NCBI GenBank assembly: GCA_900771325.1
Contig: CAAGNN010000087.1
Coordinates: forward strand, 1 to 63,668
DNA length: 63,668 nt
Origin: Kiritimatiellia bacterium
GTDB taxonomy: Bacteria; Verrucomicrobiota; Kiritimatiellia; RFP12; DVOR01
Direction: 5' to 3'
In this document: one piece after another, positions 7,478 through 16,414 of the stretch
Position numbering within the stretch: position 1 is the first letter of the stretch
How the letters are laid out: each line of letters starts with the position of its first letter
Notes under the pieces: model-generated
Databases searched by the model: none
The model's input: the letters and a program-made list of their open reading frames with translations, nothing else
Told to the model about the DNA's origin: nothing
Program-made: the position numbers and the translations under genes

Positions 7478-9268
7478 ATGAGCAAGAAGATTAAGTTCAT
7501 GTGCACCGCGTTCCGCGACGGGTTCCAGTCGGTTTACGGCGCGCGCGTTCTCTCCAAGGATTTCATGCCGGCGGTGAAGGTGGCCTACGATGCGGGCATC
7601 CGCTGGTTCGAGGCGGGCGGCGGTGCGCGCTTCCAGAGCTGCTACTTCTACTGCCGCGAGGATGCCTTCGATGTGATGGACACCTTCCGCAAGACCTGCC
7701 CGGAGGCCGACTTGCAGACCCTCTCGCGCGGCGTCAATGTGGTGGGGTTGGACAGCCAGCCCTCGGACATTATCAAGCTGCACGCCGATATGTTCAAGAA
7801 GCACGGGATGACCACCATCCGCAACTTCGACGCGCTCAACGATGTCAATAACCTCAAGTGGTCCGGCCAGTGCATCCACGATGCCGGCTTGAAGCACGAA
7901 GTGGTCGTCACGATGATGGGGCTGCCCCCCGGCGTGGACAACAAGGGCGCCCATACGCCCGACTTCTACGCCGAGCGCATCAAGCAGATCCTCAAGGCCG
8001 AGATTCCCTTCGACCGCGTCTGCTTCAAGGACGCTTCCGGCACCTCCGCTCCGCGCACCGTCTACGAGACCATCAAGCGCGCCCGCAAGCTCCTGCCCGC
8101 CGGCACCCACATCCAGTTCCACTCGCACGAGACGGCTGGCAACGGCCTCACCTGCTACCTCGCGGCCCTCGAGGGCGGCGCCGATGGTATCGACCTCTCG
8201 ATGGCCCCGGTCTCCGGCGGTACCTGCCAGCCCGACATCATCACGATGTGGCACGCCCTGCGCGGCTCGGAGTTCGACCTGGACATCGACATCGAGAAGA
8301 TTCGCGCGGCCGAGGATGCCTTCAAGGAAGCGATGAAGGATTACTTCCTTCCGCCCGAAGCGATGAACTCCAACCCCGTCATCATCTGGTCGCCTATGCC
8401 CGGCGGCGCCCTCACCGCCAACACCCAGATGCTCCGCGACAACGGGCTGATGGATAAGTACGATCAGATGATCGACGAGATGTACGACTCGGTCCGCTGC
8501 GGCGGCTTCGGCACCTCCGTGACCCCGGTCTCGCAGTTCTACTTCCAGCAGGCTTTCAACAACGTGATGTTTGGCAAGTGGAAGAAGATCGCCCCCGGCT
8601 ACGGCAAGATGGTCCTGGGCTACTTCGGCAAGACCCCCGTCGCGCCCGATCCGGAAGTGGTCAAGATTGCCGCCGAGCAGCTCGGCCTCGAGCCCACCAC
8701 CAAGACCGTCCTGCAGATTAACGATGCCGACCCCAAGAAGGGCCGCAAGGCCGCCGAGGCGATGCTCACCGAGGCCGGGCTACCGATCAACGACGAGAAC
8801 GTCTTCATCGCCGCCTCCTGCCTCGAAAAGGGCATTGCCTACCTCAAGGACCCGGCCAACGCGCCTCTGGGCATCCGCCTGAACGAGAAGCCCAAGGCCA
8901 AGGCCGCCTCCGGCGCCTGCACCGTCACGGTCAACGGCAAGGCCTATGGCATCGAGCTCAAGGATGGCAAGGCCATCGTCAACGGCAAGCCCTACGACTA
9001 CTCTGTGGCTGACGGCATCGCCGCTCCCGCCGCTGGGGCCGCCCCCGCCAGCGCGGGCAACGTCACCATCGCCGCGCCGCTGCCGGGTCTGATTCTGCGT
9101 ATTACCGCCCAGCCCGGCACCGCCGTCAAGAAGGATGACGAGATCCTCGTGATGGAAGCGATGAAGATGGAAATGCCCATCAAGGCGCCGCAGGATGGCG
9201 TGATTGCCTCCATCAACGTGGGCAATGGCGACAAGGTGAACGCCGGCGACGTCCTCGCCACCCTCTAA
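7478..9268 (+). CDS. oadA: oxaloacetate decarboxylase alpha subunit (carboxyltransferase + biotinyl domain)
   Basis: The N-terminus [13 protein letters not shown] is the carboxyltransferase 5S/PycB type. The C-terminal biotin attachment motif is [12 protein letters not shown]. Confidence 0.88.
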   Translation: MSKKIKFMCTAFRDGFQSVYGARVLSKDFMPAVKVAYDAGIRWFEAGGGARFQSCYFYCREDAFDVMDTFRKTCPEADLQTLSRGVNVVGLDSQPSDIIKLHADMFKKHGMTTIRNFDALNDVNNLKWSGQCIHDAGLKHEVVVTMMGLPPGVDNKGAHTPDFYAERIKQILKAEIPFDRVCFKDASGTSAPRTVYETIKRARKLLPAGTHIQFHSHETAGNGLTCYLAALEGGADGIDLSMAPVSGGTCQPDIITMWHALRGSEFDLDIDIEKIRAAEDAFKEAMKDYFLPPEAMNSNPVIIWSPMPGGALTANTQMLRDNGLMDKYDQMIDEMYDSVRCGGFGTSVTPVSQFYFQQAFNNVMFGKWKKIAPGYGKMVLGYFGKTPVAPDPEVVKIAAEQLGLEPTTKTVLQINDADPKKGRKAAEAMLTEAGLPINDENVFIAASCLEKGIAYLKDPANAPLGIRLNEKPKAKAASGACTVTVNGKAYGIELKDGKAIVNGKPYDYSVADGIAAPAAGAAPASAGNVTIAAPLPGLILRITAQPGTAVKKDDEILVMEAMKMEMPIKAPQDGVIASINVGNGDKVNAGDVLATL

Positions 9269-9288
9269 TCCCGGAGAGGAAGCACGTT

Positions 9289-10959
9289 ATGTCGATGAAA
9301 CATCTCCTTGCAGCCGGCTTTGCCTGTCTGGCCGGGCTCTGCGCGATGGCGCAGGAGCCCGCCCCGGCGGCACCCGCGCCGGCCACTGAAGCGCCTGCCA
9401 TTAGCTCGATCGTCGAGTTGGTCAAGCAGCGCCGCGAACTCCTCAAGGCCAACGACGCGGCGGTGGAGGACACCACCAACGAGTCCAACACCCGTCTGCA
9501 CGGCTCCTACATCCACGTCACCAAGGGCTATATGACCACCGACGAGATTGCTGCCGCCAACGGCATTCCCGCCGAGGATTACAAGGCCCACAACTACGAT
9601 GCCAACGGCAAGCTGCTCTTCCCCGACCTCGTGGGCAAGCAGATTGACCTGCCTACCGTCACCGGCGTCATCCACTCGCACCAGGTGGGCGACGCGGCGA
9701 TGATGGCCCAGCGCATCGTCTCGATGTGGGATAACACTGGCCTCAAGGGCTTTACCGCCAAGGAAGAGCCGCACGCTTCGGCTGAGAAGCCGGCGGCGCT
9801 GCCTACCGGTCACGCCAAGACGGCTCTGCCCTTCGGGTTGAGTCAGCTGATTATGATGATCGTCTGCCTCTTCCTCATCTACCTGGCCATCGTCAAGGGC
9901 TTCGAGCCGCTCCTGCTCCTGCCCATCGGCTTTGGCGGTCTCTTGGCGAACATTCCCTTCGCCGGGGTGACGGCTGCGCCGATTTTGGACCAGGCCGGCA
10001 ACCTCGTCGAGCCCGGTGGCTTCCTCTACTACACCTTCGAGATGGGCATTAGCTCGGGTCTCTTCCCGATCCTCATCTTTATGGGCGTGGGTGCGATGAC
10101 CGACTTCGGCCCCTTGATTGCCAATCCGCGCATGGCCCTCCTCGGTGCCGCCGCGCAGTTGGGCATCTTCACCGCCTTGCTCGGCGCGCTCGCCCTCACC
10201 ATCTTCACCCCCTGGATTAACTTCTTCGTCACCGACGCCGCTTCCATCGGCATTATCGGTGGCGCGGACGGCCCGACGGCCATCTGGCTGACCACCAAGC
10301 TCTCGCCCGACCTCTTGGGTGCCATCGCCGTGGCGGCCTATTCCTATATGGCCCTCGTGCCGGTGATTCAGCCGCCGATTATGAAGTTCCTCACCACCAA
10401 GGAGGAGCGCCTCATCAAGATGAAGCAGCTGCGCACCGTCACCAAGAACGAGAAGGTCCTCTTCCCGATTTGCGTGCTCCTGCTCTGCGCCGCCCTGCTG
10501 CCCTCGGCCGCTCCCCTCATCGGCGCGCTGATGCTCGGCAACCTCGCCAAGGAGTGTGGCGTGGTCGACCGTATCTCCGACACGATGGCCAACAGCCTCT
10601 GCAACATCGTCACCATCCTCCTCGGCCTCTCCGTGGGCTCCAAGCTCGCCGCCGAGAAGTTCCTCAATATGGAGACGATCGGCATTCTCATCCTCGGCGT
10701 GGTCGCCTTCTCGGTGGGCACGGCCGGTGGCGTGTGGATGGCCAAGCTGATGAACCTTATCTGGCGCAAGGATAAGATCAACCCCTTGATTGGCGCTGCC
10801 GGCGTTTCGGCCGTGCCGATGGCCGCGCGTGTGGCTAACAAGGTGGGCTTGGAGTGCGACCCCACGAACTTCCTGTTGATGCACGCGATGGGCCCGAACG
10901 TCTCGGGCGTGATCGGCTCGGCCGTCGTGGCAGGCGTGCTCTACTTCTGCTGCCGCTAA
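9289..10959 (+). CDS. oadB: Na+-translocating decarboxylase beta subunit with a ~160-aa N-terminal extension
   Basis: GGAGAGGA lies 8 nt upstream of the ATG. The OadB core starts near [28 protein letters not shown]. Residues 1-~160 are extra and begin with a signal-peptide-like [19 protein letters not shown]. Confidence 0.85.
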   Translation: MSMKHLLAAGFACLAGLCAMAQEPAPAAPAPATEAPAISSIVELVKQRRELLKANDAAVEDTTNESNTRLHGSYIHVTKGYMTTDEIAAANGIPAEDYKAHNYDANGKLLFPDLVGKQIDLPTVTGVIHSHQVGDAAMMAQRIVSMWDNTGLKGFTAKEEPHASAEKPAALPTGHAKTALPFGLSQLIMMIVCLFLIYLAIVKGFEPLLLLPIGFGGLLANIPFAGVTAAPILDQAGNLVEPGGFLYYTFEMGISSGLFPILIFMGVGAMTDFGPLIANPRMALLGAAAQLGIFTALLGALALTIFTPWINFFVTDAASIGIIGGADGPTAIWLTTKLSPDLLGAIAVAAYSYMALVPVIQPPIMKFLTTKEERLIKMKQLRTVTKNEKVLFPICVLLLCAALLPSAAPLIGALMLGNLAKECGVVDRISDTMANSLCNIVTILLGLSVGSKLAAEKFLNMETIGILILGVVAFSVGTAGGVWMAKLMNLIWRKDKINPLIGAAGVSAVPMAARVANKVGLECDPTNFLLMHAMGPNVSGVIGSAVVAGVLYFCCR

Positions 10960-10986
10960 CTGCGCCCGACGCAGTCTTTCACTGGA

Positions 10987-11019
10987 AACGCGCCCGCACC
11001 CGGGCGCGTTTTTCTTTTA
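10987..11019 (+). terminator. rho-independent terminator after oadB
   Basis: AACGCGCCCG (10987-10996), loop CACC, CGGGCGCGTT (11001-11010), then TTTCTTTT. Confidence 0.8.
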
Positions 11020-11032
11020 CCCAGTGGCGGAC

Positions 11033-11061
11033 TTGACTTTGCGTGTGGGGCACGCCATAAT
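11033..11061 (+). promoter_or_regulatory. putative promoter TTGACT-N17-CATAAT
   Basis: TTGACT at 11033-11038 and CATAAT at 11056-11061. GGAGG at 11079-11083 precedes the ATG at 11093. Confidence 0.5.
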
Positions 11062-11092
11062 GGGGCCCTCATTCACCCGGAGGTTCCCTGCT

Positions 11093-13183
11093 ATGGCTTT
11101 GCTTGCTCGTCCCTTGAACGCTTATCGACAGTCCGTCCGCGCGTTGGGAAGGGCGCTTTTGGTTGGGCTGGCCTTGACCGCGCTCCGACTCTACGCGCAG
11201 GAGCCGCCGTGGGTGGAGGCGGCGCGCGGGGTGATTGCGCGCTTTGCCGGGGCGGAGGTGGCGCAGAGCCTGACCCTGCACGCGCGCGAAGCGGAGGGCG
11301 GGCGCCCGATTTGCGAGGTCACCGAGAATGGCCGCTGTCTGCGCGGTTCATCGGCTGTGGCACTCTGCAAGGGCTTCTACGCCAATACCTTACGCAAGGG
11401 CGCGGGGATTTGCTCGTGGAGCGGCTCGCGCTTCGATGCCGAGCGCGCCTTCGCCCCGGGTCCGGACTTCGTCGTGCGTTCGCCCTACCGTCACGTGCAA
11501 TACCTCAACGTGGTCACCTTTGGTTACACGCTGGCCTTTTGGGACGAGGCGCGCTGGATGCAGGAGCTCGACTGGATGGCCTTGCACGGCTTCGACATGG
11601 CCCTGGTCCTAATGGCGAACGAGGCGATTGCCGAGCGCGTTTGGCGCGCGGTGGGGCTCACCGAGTCAGAGATTGAGGCGACCTTCCCCGGTCCGGCGCA
11701 TCTGCCGTGGTTCCGGATGGGCAACTTGAGCGCGCGGCCGGATGCGCCGTTGGGCCGGGCGTGGCGCGAGCGCTCGGTGCGGTTGCAGCACGCGGTGATG
11801 GACCGGATGGCGCAGTTGGGGATGATGCCGATTGTGCCGGCCTTCGCCGGGTTCGTCCCCGAGGCCCTAGGGCGCGTCTACCCCGAGGCGAAGTTGCACC
11901 GGACCGAGTGGTCGGGCTTCCACAGTTGGTTCCTCTCGCCCGAGGATCCGCACTTCCGCCAGTTGGGTCGGGCCTTCGTCGAGGCCTGGGAGGCGGAGTT
12001 CGGCCGCTGCACCTACTACCTGGCCGACTCCTTCAACGAGATGAGCCTCCCGTGGTCCGGCGAAGCGGAGATTGCCGCGCACCTGCGCCGTTGCGGCGAG
12101 AGCGTCGGTGGGGCCATCCTCGACGCGAACCCCCAGGCCGTCTGGGTGCTGCAAGGGTGGATGCTCGGCTACCAGCGCGAGATTTGGAGCGCAAAGCGCT
12201 TTGCCGCCCTCCTCTCGGCCATTCCGCCCGCCCAAACCCTCATCCTTGATATGGCCGTGGACTACAACGAACACTTCTGGCGCAACGGACCGAACTGGGA
12301 GCTCCACTGCGGTTTTGGCGGCCGCCCGTGGATTTGGAGCACCATCCCGAATATGGGCGGCAAGTGCGCGCAGACCGGCGTCCTGGCCTTCTACGCCAAT
12401 GGCCATCTCCCGGCGCTCGCTTCGCCTCACCGCGGCAACCTCTGGGGCTACGGCACCGCCCCCGAGGGCATCGAGAATAACGAGGTCCTCTACGAACTCA
12501 TCGCCGATGCCGCCTGGCGCGACACCGAGCTCGACCTCCGTGCCTGGCTGCGCAACTACAGCCTCTGCCGCTACGGCGCCTGCCCCGACCGGCTGATGGA
12601 TTACTGGGACGGCCTCCTCGCCACCGTCTACGGCTCCTTCACCGATCACCCCCGCTACGCTTGGCAGCTGGCCAACTGCACCCGCGGCACCGTCTACGCC
12701 GAGGCCGCCCCCCTGCGTGCCGCCCGCGAAGCCTTCCTCGCGTGCGAAGCCGAGTTATCCCACTCGCCCCTATACCGCGCCGACGCCCTCGCCGAACGTG
12801 CCTTCCTTCTGAGCGAAGAGGCCGAGGAAGCCCTCCGCGCTGGAAACCCCGAAGCTGCCATCGCGCCCCTGGAAGCGGCCGACCGCCTCCTCGCAGCCCA
12901 TCCCCTCTTCCGCCTCGATCGCTACCTCGCCCAAGCCCGAGCCGCTGCCGAAGGCGATGAAGCCCTCGCCGAGCCGCTGCCGAAGGCGATGAAGCCCTCG
13001 CCGAGCGCTACGCCCAAAACGCCTACCGCCTCATCACCCTCTGGGGCCCACCCATCACCGACTACGCCGCCCGCGTCTGGTCTGGCCTCATCCGCCAATA
13101 CTACCTCCCCCGCCTCCGCCAAGCCTGCCAATAACGGTGCGCTTCGTAGTCGAAGTGGCGGTAAGTTTGCCTTATCGCCATAG
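11093..13183 (+). CDS. alpha-N-acetylglucosaminidase, GH89 (NAGLU family); 3' end out of frame because of a 32-bp tandem duplication
   Basis: Signal-peptide-like N-terminus. NAGLU-type core (YLNVVTFGYTLAFWDEARWMQELDWMALHGFDMAL, IVPAFAGFVPEAL). After codon ~627 the ORF becomes a P/S/T-rich tail. The +2 frame encodes the conserved LITLWGPPITDYAARVWSGLIRQYYLPRL, ending at 13134. Confidence 0.85.
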   Translation: MALLARPLNAYRQSVRALGRALLVGLALTALRLYAQEPPWVEAARGVIARFAGAEVAQSLTLHAREAEGGRPICEVTENGRCLRGSSAVALCKGFYANTLRKGAGICSWSGSRFDAERAFAPGPDFVVRSPYRHVQYLNVVTFGYTLAFWDEARWMQELDWMALHGFDMALVLMANEAIAERVWRAVGLTESEIEATFPGPAHLPWFRMGNLSARPDAPLGRAWRERSVRLQHAVMDRMAQLGMMPIVPAFAGFVPEALGRVYPEAKLHRTEWSGFHSWFLSPEDPHFRQLGRAFVEAWEAEFGRCTYYLADSFNEMSLPWSGEAEIAAHLRRCGESVGGAILDANPQAVWVLQGWMLGYQREIWSAKRFAALLSAIPPAQTLILDMAVDYNEHFWRNGPNWELHCGFGGRPWIWSTIPNMGGKCAQTGVLAFYANGHLPALASPHRGNLWGYGTAPEGIENNEVLYELIADAAWRDTELDLRAWLRNYSLCRYGACPDRLMDYWDGLLATVYGSFTDHPRYAWQLANCTRGTVYAEAAPLRAAREAFLACEAELSHSPLYRADALAERAFLLSEEAEEALRAGNPEAAIAPLEAADRLLAAHPLFRLDRYLAQARAAAEGDEALAEPLPKAMKPSPSATPKTPTASSPSGAHPSPTTPPASGLASSANTTSPASAKPANNGALRSRSGGKFALSP
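12941..13004 (+). repeat. perfect 32-bp direct tandem duplication inside the GH89 gene
   Basis: 12941-12972 and 12973-13004 are both GCCGCTGCCGAAGGCGATGAAGCCCTCGCCGA. Confidence 0.97.
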
Positions 13184-13194
13184 TATGCTATACT
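13166..13194 (+). promoter_or_regulatory. putative promoter TTTGCC-N17-TATACT (TGc extended -10)
   Basis: TTTGCC at 13166-13171 and TGCTATACT at 13186-13194, about 200 nt upstream of the GT2 ATG. Confidence 0.4.
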
Positions 13195-13253
13195 CTCTTG
13201 CACTTGATGGGTGAGCCATCTTGTAGAGTTTTTGCACTTTGTGCAAACTAATT

Positions 13254-13372
13254 GCTCTAGCTGAAACTTAGGAACTTTCAACCCAATGAGCGATGCGTTT
13301 GACGAGGTGTGCCGTATCGGCACGCTTTCTTTTACGTGTTTATTGGAGGGTTCCTAAGTCCCTAGCTAGAGC
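13254..13372 (+). other. 119-bp element bounded by ~22-nt inverted repeats (structured leader or MITE-like insert)
   Basis: GCTCTAGCTGAAACTTAGGAAC (13254-13275) against the reverse complement of GTTCCTAAGTCCCTAGCTAGAGC (13350-13372): 9+10 bp pair around a small internal loop. The interior holds the hairpin GTGCCG-TAT-CGGCAC followed by GCTTTCTTTT (13309-13333). Confidence 0.6.
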
Positions 13373-13394
13373 ACGAAAAGAGAGCGTGCTTTTT

Positions 13395-14318
13395 ATGGCC
13401 GATAAGATAGCAGTATCCTTGGTGGTGCCGTGCTTCAACGAGGCACCCTGTATTGAAACATTCGTTAGCGCCGTCAACGACTTGGGGTTGTGCGGCCGGG
13501 AGGTTGTCTTTGTCGACGACGGTTCGACCGATGAGACGCTTTCCATCATCAAGCGCTTGGCGGCCAACGACGAGACCATTCGCTATGTCTCTTTTTCGCG
13601 GAACTTTGGGAAGGAGGCGGCACTCTTGGCCGGGTTGCGTAAGAGTCGCGGCGAACTGGTAGCAACGATGGATGTTGACCTGCAGGATCCGCCTGCCCTC
13701 TTGCCGGAGATGCTTCGCCTGATTAGAGAAGAGAATTACGATTGCGTGGCCACGCGCCGCTCCTCACGCGAGGGCGAGCCGCCCGTGCGGTCGTGGTTTG
13801 CCCGGCGCTTTTATTGGTTGATGCGCCACTTCTCCGATGTGGCCCTGGTCGATGGCGCGCGGGACTACCGCCTGATGACGCGCCAGGTGGTCGACGCGGT
13901 GTTGGCCTTGCCCGAGCGCAATCGCTTCACAAAGGGCATCTACCAGTGGGTCGGTTTCCGCACCAAGTGGCTCTCCTTCCCCAATGTGGAGCGTCAGGCC
14001 GGTCGCACCAAATGGTCCTTCCGCAAACTCTTCCTGTACAGTCTGGAGGGTATCTTGGCCTTCTCGACGGCTCCGTTGCAAATCGCCTCCCTGCTTGGCA
14101 TCGCGAGTTGCCTGCTAGCCTTTGGAATGTTGCTCTTTGTCTTCCTACGCGCCCTTCTCTTTGGCGACCCCGTCAGCGGCTGGCCCTCGCTCATCTGCGT
14201 GATTGTCTTCTTTGGCGGCCTGCAACTCTTTGTTGTCGGTATCCTCGGCACCTACCTCGCCAAAACCTACCTCGAAACCAAATCCCGTCCACTCTACATT
14301 ATCCAGGAGGAAAACTGA
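13395..14318 (+). CDS. polyprenyl-phosphate glycosyltransferase, GT2 (GtrB/CsbB/ArnC-like)
   Basis: VSLVVPCFNE, VFVDDGSTDET and MDVDLQDPP (DxD) motifs, plus two C-terminal TM helices. Start at the ATG at 13395 (MADKIAV). Confidence 0.85.
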   Translation: MADKIAVSLVVPCFNEAPCIETFVSAVNDLGLCGREVVFVDDGSTDETLSIIKRLAANDETIRYVSFSRNFGKEAALLAGLRKSRGELVATMDVDLQDPPALLPEMLRLIREENYDCVATRRSSREGEPPVRSWFARRFYWLMRHFSDVALVDGARDYRLMTRQVVDAVLALPERNRFTKGIYQWVGFRTKWLSFPNVERQAGRTKWSFRKLFLYSLEGILAFSTAPLQIASLLGIASCLLAFGMLLFVFLRALLFGDPVSGWPSLICVIVFFGGLQLFVVGILGTYLAKTYLETKSRPLYIIQEEN

Positions 14319-16120
14319 TGGAGCATGTTAAGTTATGTACGCCAAGTGTTGTTCTGCACGCGATTAGGTCTGTGAAACAGTGGTGGGGAGAACATACGGG
14401 GTGGACTGATCGTCTATTGTTGTTTGGCTTTGCAGGCTTGCTAGTGGGAATAATTGCTTGCTTCTTCCCATATTTCATCGTTGCAGATGCTTCGTTTCAT
14501 TTGCTACGTATGGAGGGACTTGCGCAACATTTTCTTTCGGGAGGTGGTTATCCATGCAGGGTTTATGAACACGCAGTCAGTGGCTATGGATATGCTGCGC
14601 CGATGTTCTATTGCGACTTATTCATTGTGCCCTTCGCGCTCTTGAGAACGATTGGCCTTTCTAAGAGCATTTGCTTTGGTGCTTGGGTAATGTCGATTTT
14701 TGCGCTTGGCGGTGGATTGATGTATTACGCCTCCAAGTGGTTTGGCTTAAGTGTAAAGCAGGCTCGCTGGGCGGCGTGGCTTTTCATCGTCTGCCCAGTA
14801 TTACAGAGTTCGCTATTAGTGCCTTGTGGCATTGGCGGTGCCACGGCAACAGCTTTTTTACCCTGTCTCTTCTTTGCTATTTGTGAATTGACAACTCGTG
14901 CGTCGTTGACAACTTCACGGCGCGTTCAGACGAGTGGTTGGCTGATTGTTGGTGGGTGTGGCATTCTACTGTCGCACACGATCACGATGGCCCTCAGTGG
15001 ATTAGTCTTTGGGTTGTGGTGTTTGGCACGCTTGCGTTTTCTTGTGATTAATTGGCGAAACCTTGTGACATTAGTTGTTGCAGGAGGAATTATTCTATTG
15101 CTCTCTGCTTGGTATTGGTTGCCAATGTTGGAACAGGTTTATTCGGCAGACCTGGTGGTCTTTTCAATGGATCAGCGACTTCGTCTTGAAGATACTGTCT
15201 CGAATTTTCCTATCACATGCCTGTTTTTGCCGCTATGGACTGTGAATGCGTTTAGGAAATATCTGCCCGAATGGTTTCAGTTCTCACCGGCCTGCTGTTC
15301 GCTATTGGGATGGGTGCTCTTGCCGTTGGGTGTCGTATGGGCTCGCTATTGGCGCGTGCTGAAGAGGGAGGTTTGGTGCAAGTGCACATTCGTGATGTTG
15401 CTGGTCTTGGTGATTGTAATGACCTGTAAGCCGTTGGTTAGGTTGCTAAATGGTCCATTGGGGTGGATCCAGTTTCCAGCTCGATTTTCGAGTTTTTGGT
15501 GGGTGGGCGTAATTCCGTTGAGTTTACATTGTATAGTCTCTACATCTCCTCGAGCCCGGAAGGCGGTCTTGTATGGTTTCTTGGTGGCATCAATCTTGGC
15601 GTTTATTCGCCCGGTATTATTGCGTGGGCACGTGTGGCTCAATCTTCACGGAAACTATCCAACACCGAATACACTACAACTTAATCTAGGGGCCGGCGAG
15701 TTTTTGCCGCGCCGGTGGGCAACTCTGATGAAGCACGGTGAAGCATATAATGACCCGATGGGCGAAGCTGCGGCCAAAGTCTTCCCCATCACGGCCAGGA
15801 TGGCGGTTCCGCAAACACGGATAGAAGTTGATGAAAATTCTCCCCGTACGATTACTTTTCAACATTTCTACTATCCGGGTTATCAAGCCGTTGTTGCGAA
15901 TGTTCTCTTCCCCGTTGAGGAGAGCGAGGAAGGAACGATAACGCTTCGTTTGCCAGAAGGCGCTAATGGGGTGGTTGAAGTCAAGTATGCCGGGACGTTG
16001 GTGCAGCGGGTGGCGAATGGGATTTCGCTGGGGGCGATCATCGCGCTTGGGGTGGGGGGCGTTGTGTGGCTGTGGCGGCATCGCCGAAGTCGGCGGATGG
16101 TGAACCTGGCTCGACCTTAA
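14318..16120 (+). CDS. polytopic GT-C-like membrane glycosyltransferase (YfhO/GtrC-like), low-GC
   Basis: The ATG overlaps the GT2 stop (TGATG), with AGGAGG 7 nt upstream. About 12 TM segments, with an Asp after TM1 (FIVADASFHLL). A C-terminal soluble domain carries FYYPGYQAVV and a final TM. Pairing with a GtrB-like GT2 matches the CsbB/YfhO and GtrB/GtrC logic. Confidence 0.55.
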   Translation: MEHVKLCTPSVVLHAIRSVKQWWGEHTGWTDRLLLFGFAGLLVGIIACFFPYFIVADASFHLLRMEGLAQHFLSGGGYPCRVYEHAVSGYGYAAPMFYCDLFIVPFALLRTIGLSKSICFGAWVMSIFALGGGLMYYASKWFGLSVKQARWAAWLFIVCPVLQSSLLVPCGIGGATATAFLPCLFFAICELTTRASLTTSRRVQTSGWLIVGGCGILLSHTITMALSGLVFGLWCLARLRFLVINWRNLVTLVVAGGIILLLSAWYWLPMLEQVYSADLVVFSMDQRLRLEDTVSNFPITCLFLPLWTVNAFRKYLPEWFQFSPACCSLLGWVLLPLGVVWARYWRVLKREVWCKCTFVMLLVLVIVMTCKPLVRLLNGPLGWIQFPARFSSFWWVGVIPLSLHCIVSTSPRARKAVLYGFLVASILAFIRPVLLRGHVWLNLHGNYPTPNTLQLNLGAGEFLPRRWATLMKHGEAYNDPMGEAAAKVFPITARMAVPQTRIEVDENSPRTITFQHFYYPGYQAVVANVLFPVEESEEGTITLRLPEGANGVVEVKYAGTLVQRVANGISLGAIIALGVGGVVWLWRHRRSRRMVNLARP

Positions 16121-16160
16121 ACGACATCCTCCCCGAGGCCGATTGTTAAGACTTAGACTT

Positions 16161-16226
16161 AATTCAATTACGACTGACTGTTATTTCAATTAAGACTAAC
16201 TGTTAATTCAATTAAGACTGAGTCTT
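16161..16226. repeat. AT-rich 22-bp tandem repeat x3
   Basis: AATTCAATTACGACTGACTGTT, ATTTCAATTAAGACTAACTGTT and AATTCAATTAAGACTGAGTCTT, starting at 16161, 16183 and 16205. A partial unit precedes them. Confidence 0.9.
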
Positions 16227-16234
16227 ATTAGTTT

Positions 16235-16322
16235 CGCCCGCCCCGGGGTGACTTCGCATCCGCCCCGGGTTGACCTTGGACCCGCCCCGGGTTGACCTTG
16301 CATCCGCCCCGGGTTGAGGTTG
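16235..16322. repeat. 22-bp tandem array (GC-type), 4 units
   Basis: Units start at 16235, 16257, 16279 and 16301 (for example GACCCGCCCCGGGTTGACCTTG). Confidence 0.9.
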
Positions 16323-16358
16323 TCGCTGGGGGTGGGGGTGGTGCGCGGCGGGGGGAGT

Positions 16359-16369
16359 TGTGCTACAAT
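16359..16369 (+). promoter_or_regulatory. extended -10 element TGTGCTACAAT
   Basis: TGTG-N-TAnnnT motif 45 nt upstream of the ATG at 16415. Confidence 0.45.
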
Positions 16370-16414
16370 GGGGCCATCTTCCCGATGTGATGGATTGCAG
16401 AAAGGACACAGGCC

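Noticed and set aside
13742-14317. The 192-codon N-terminal extension of the GT-C-like ORF (listed as 13742-16120)
   Set aside because: It overlaps the GT2 gene in another frame and is Arg/Pro-rich. The ATG at 14318 has an AGGAGG 7 nt upstream and is followed by a proper first TM helix.
13135-16230. The low-GC cassette as a prophage, IS element or integrative element
   Set aside because: It has no integrase, transposase, recombinase or phage gene, and I could find no flanking direct repeats. I report it only as a compositionally atypical two-gene cassette.
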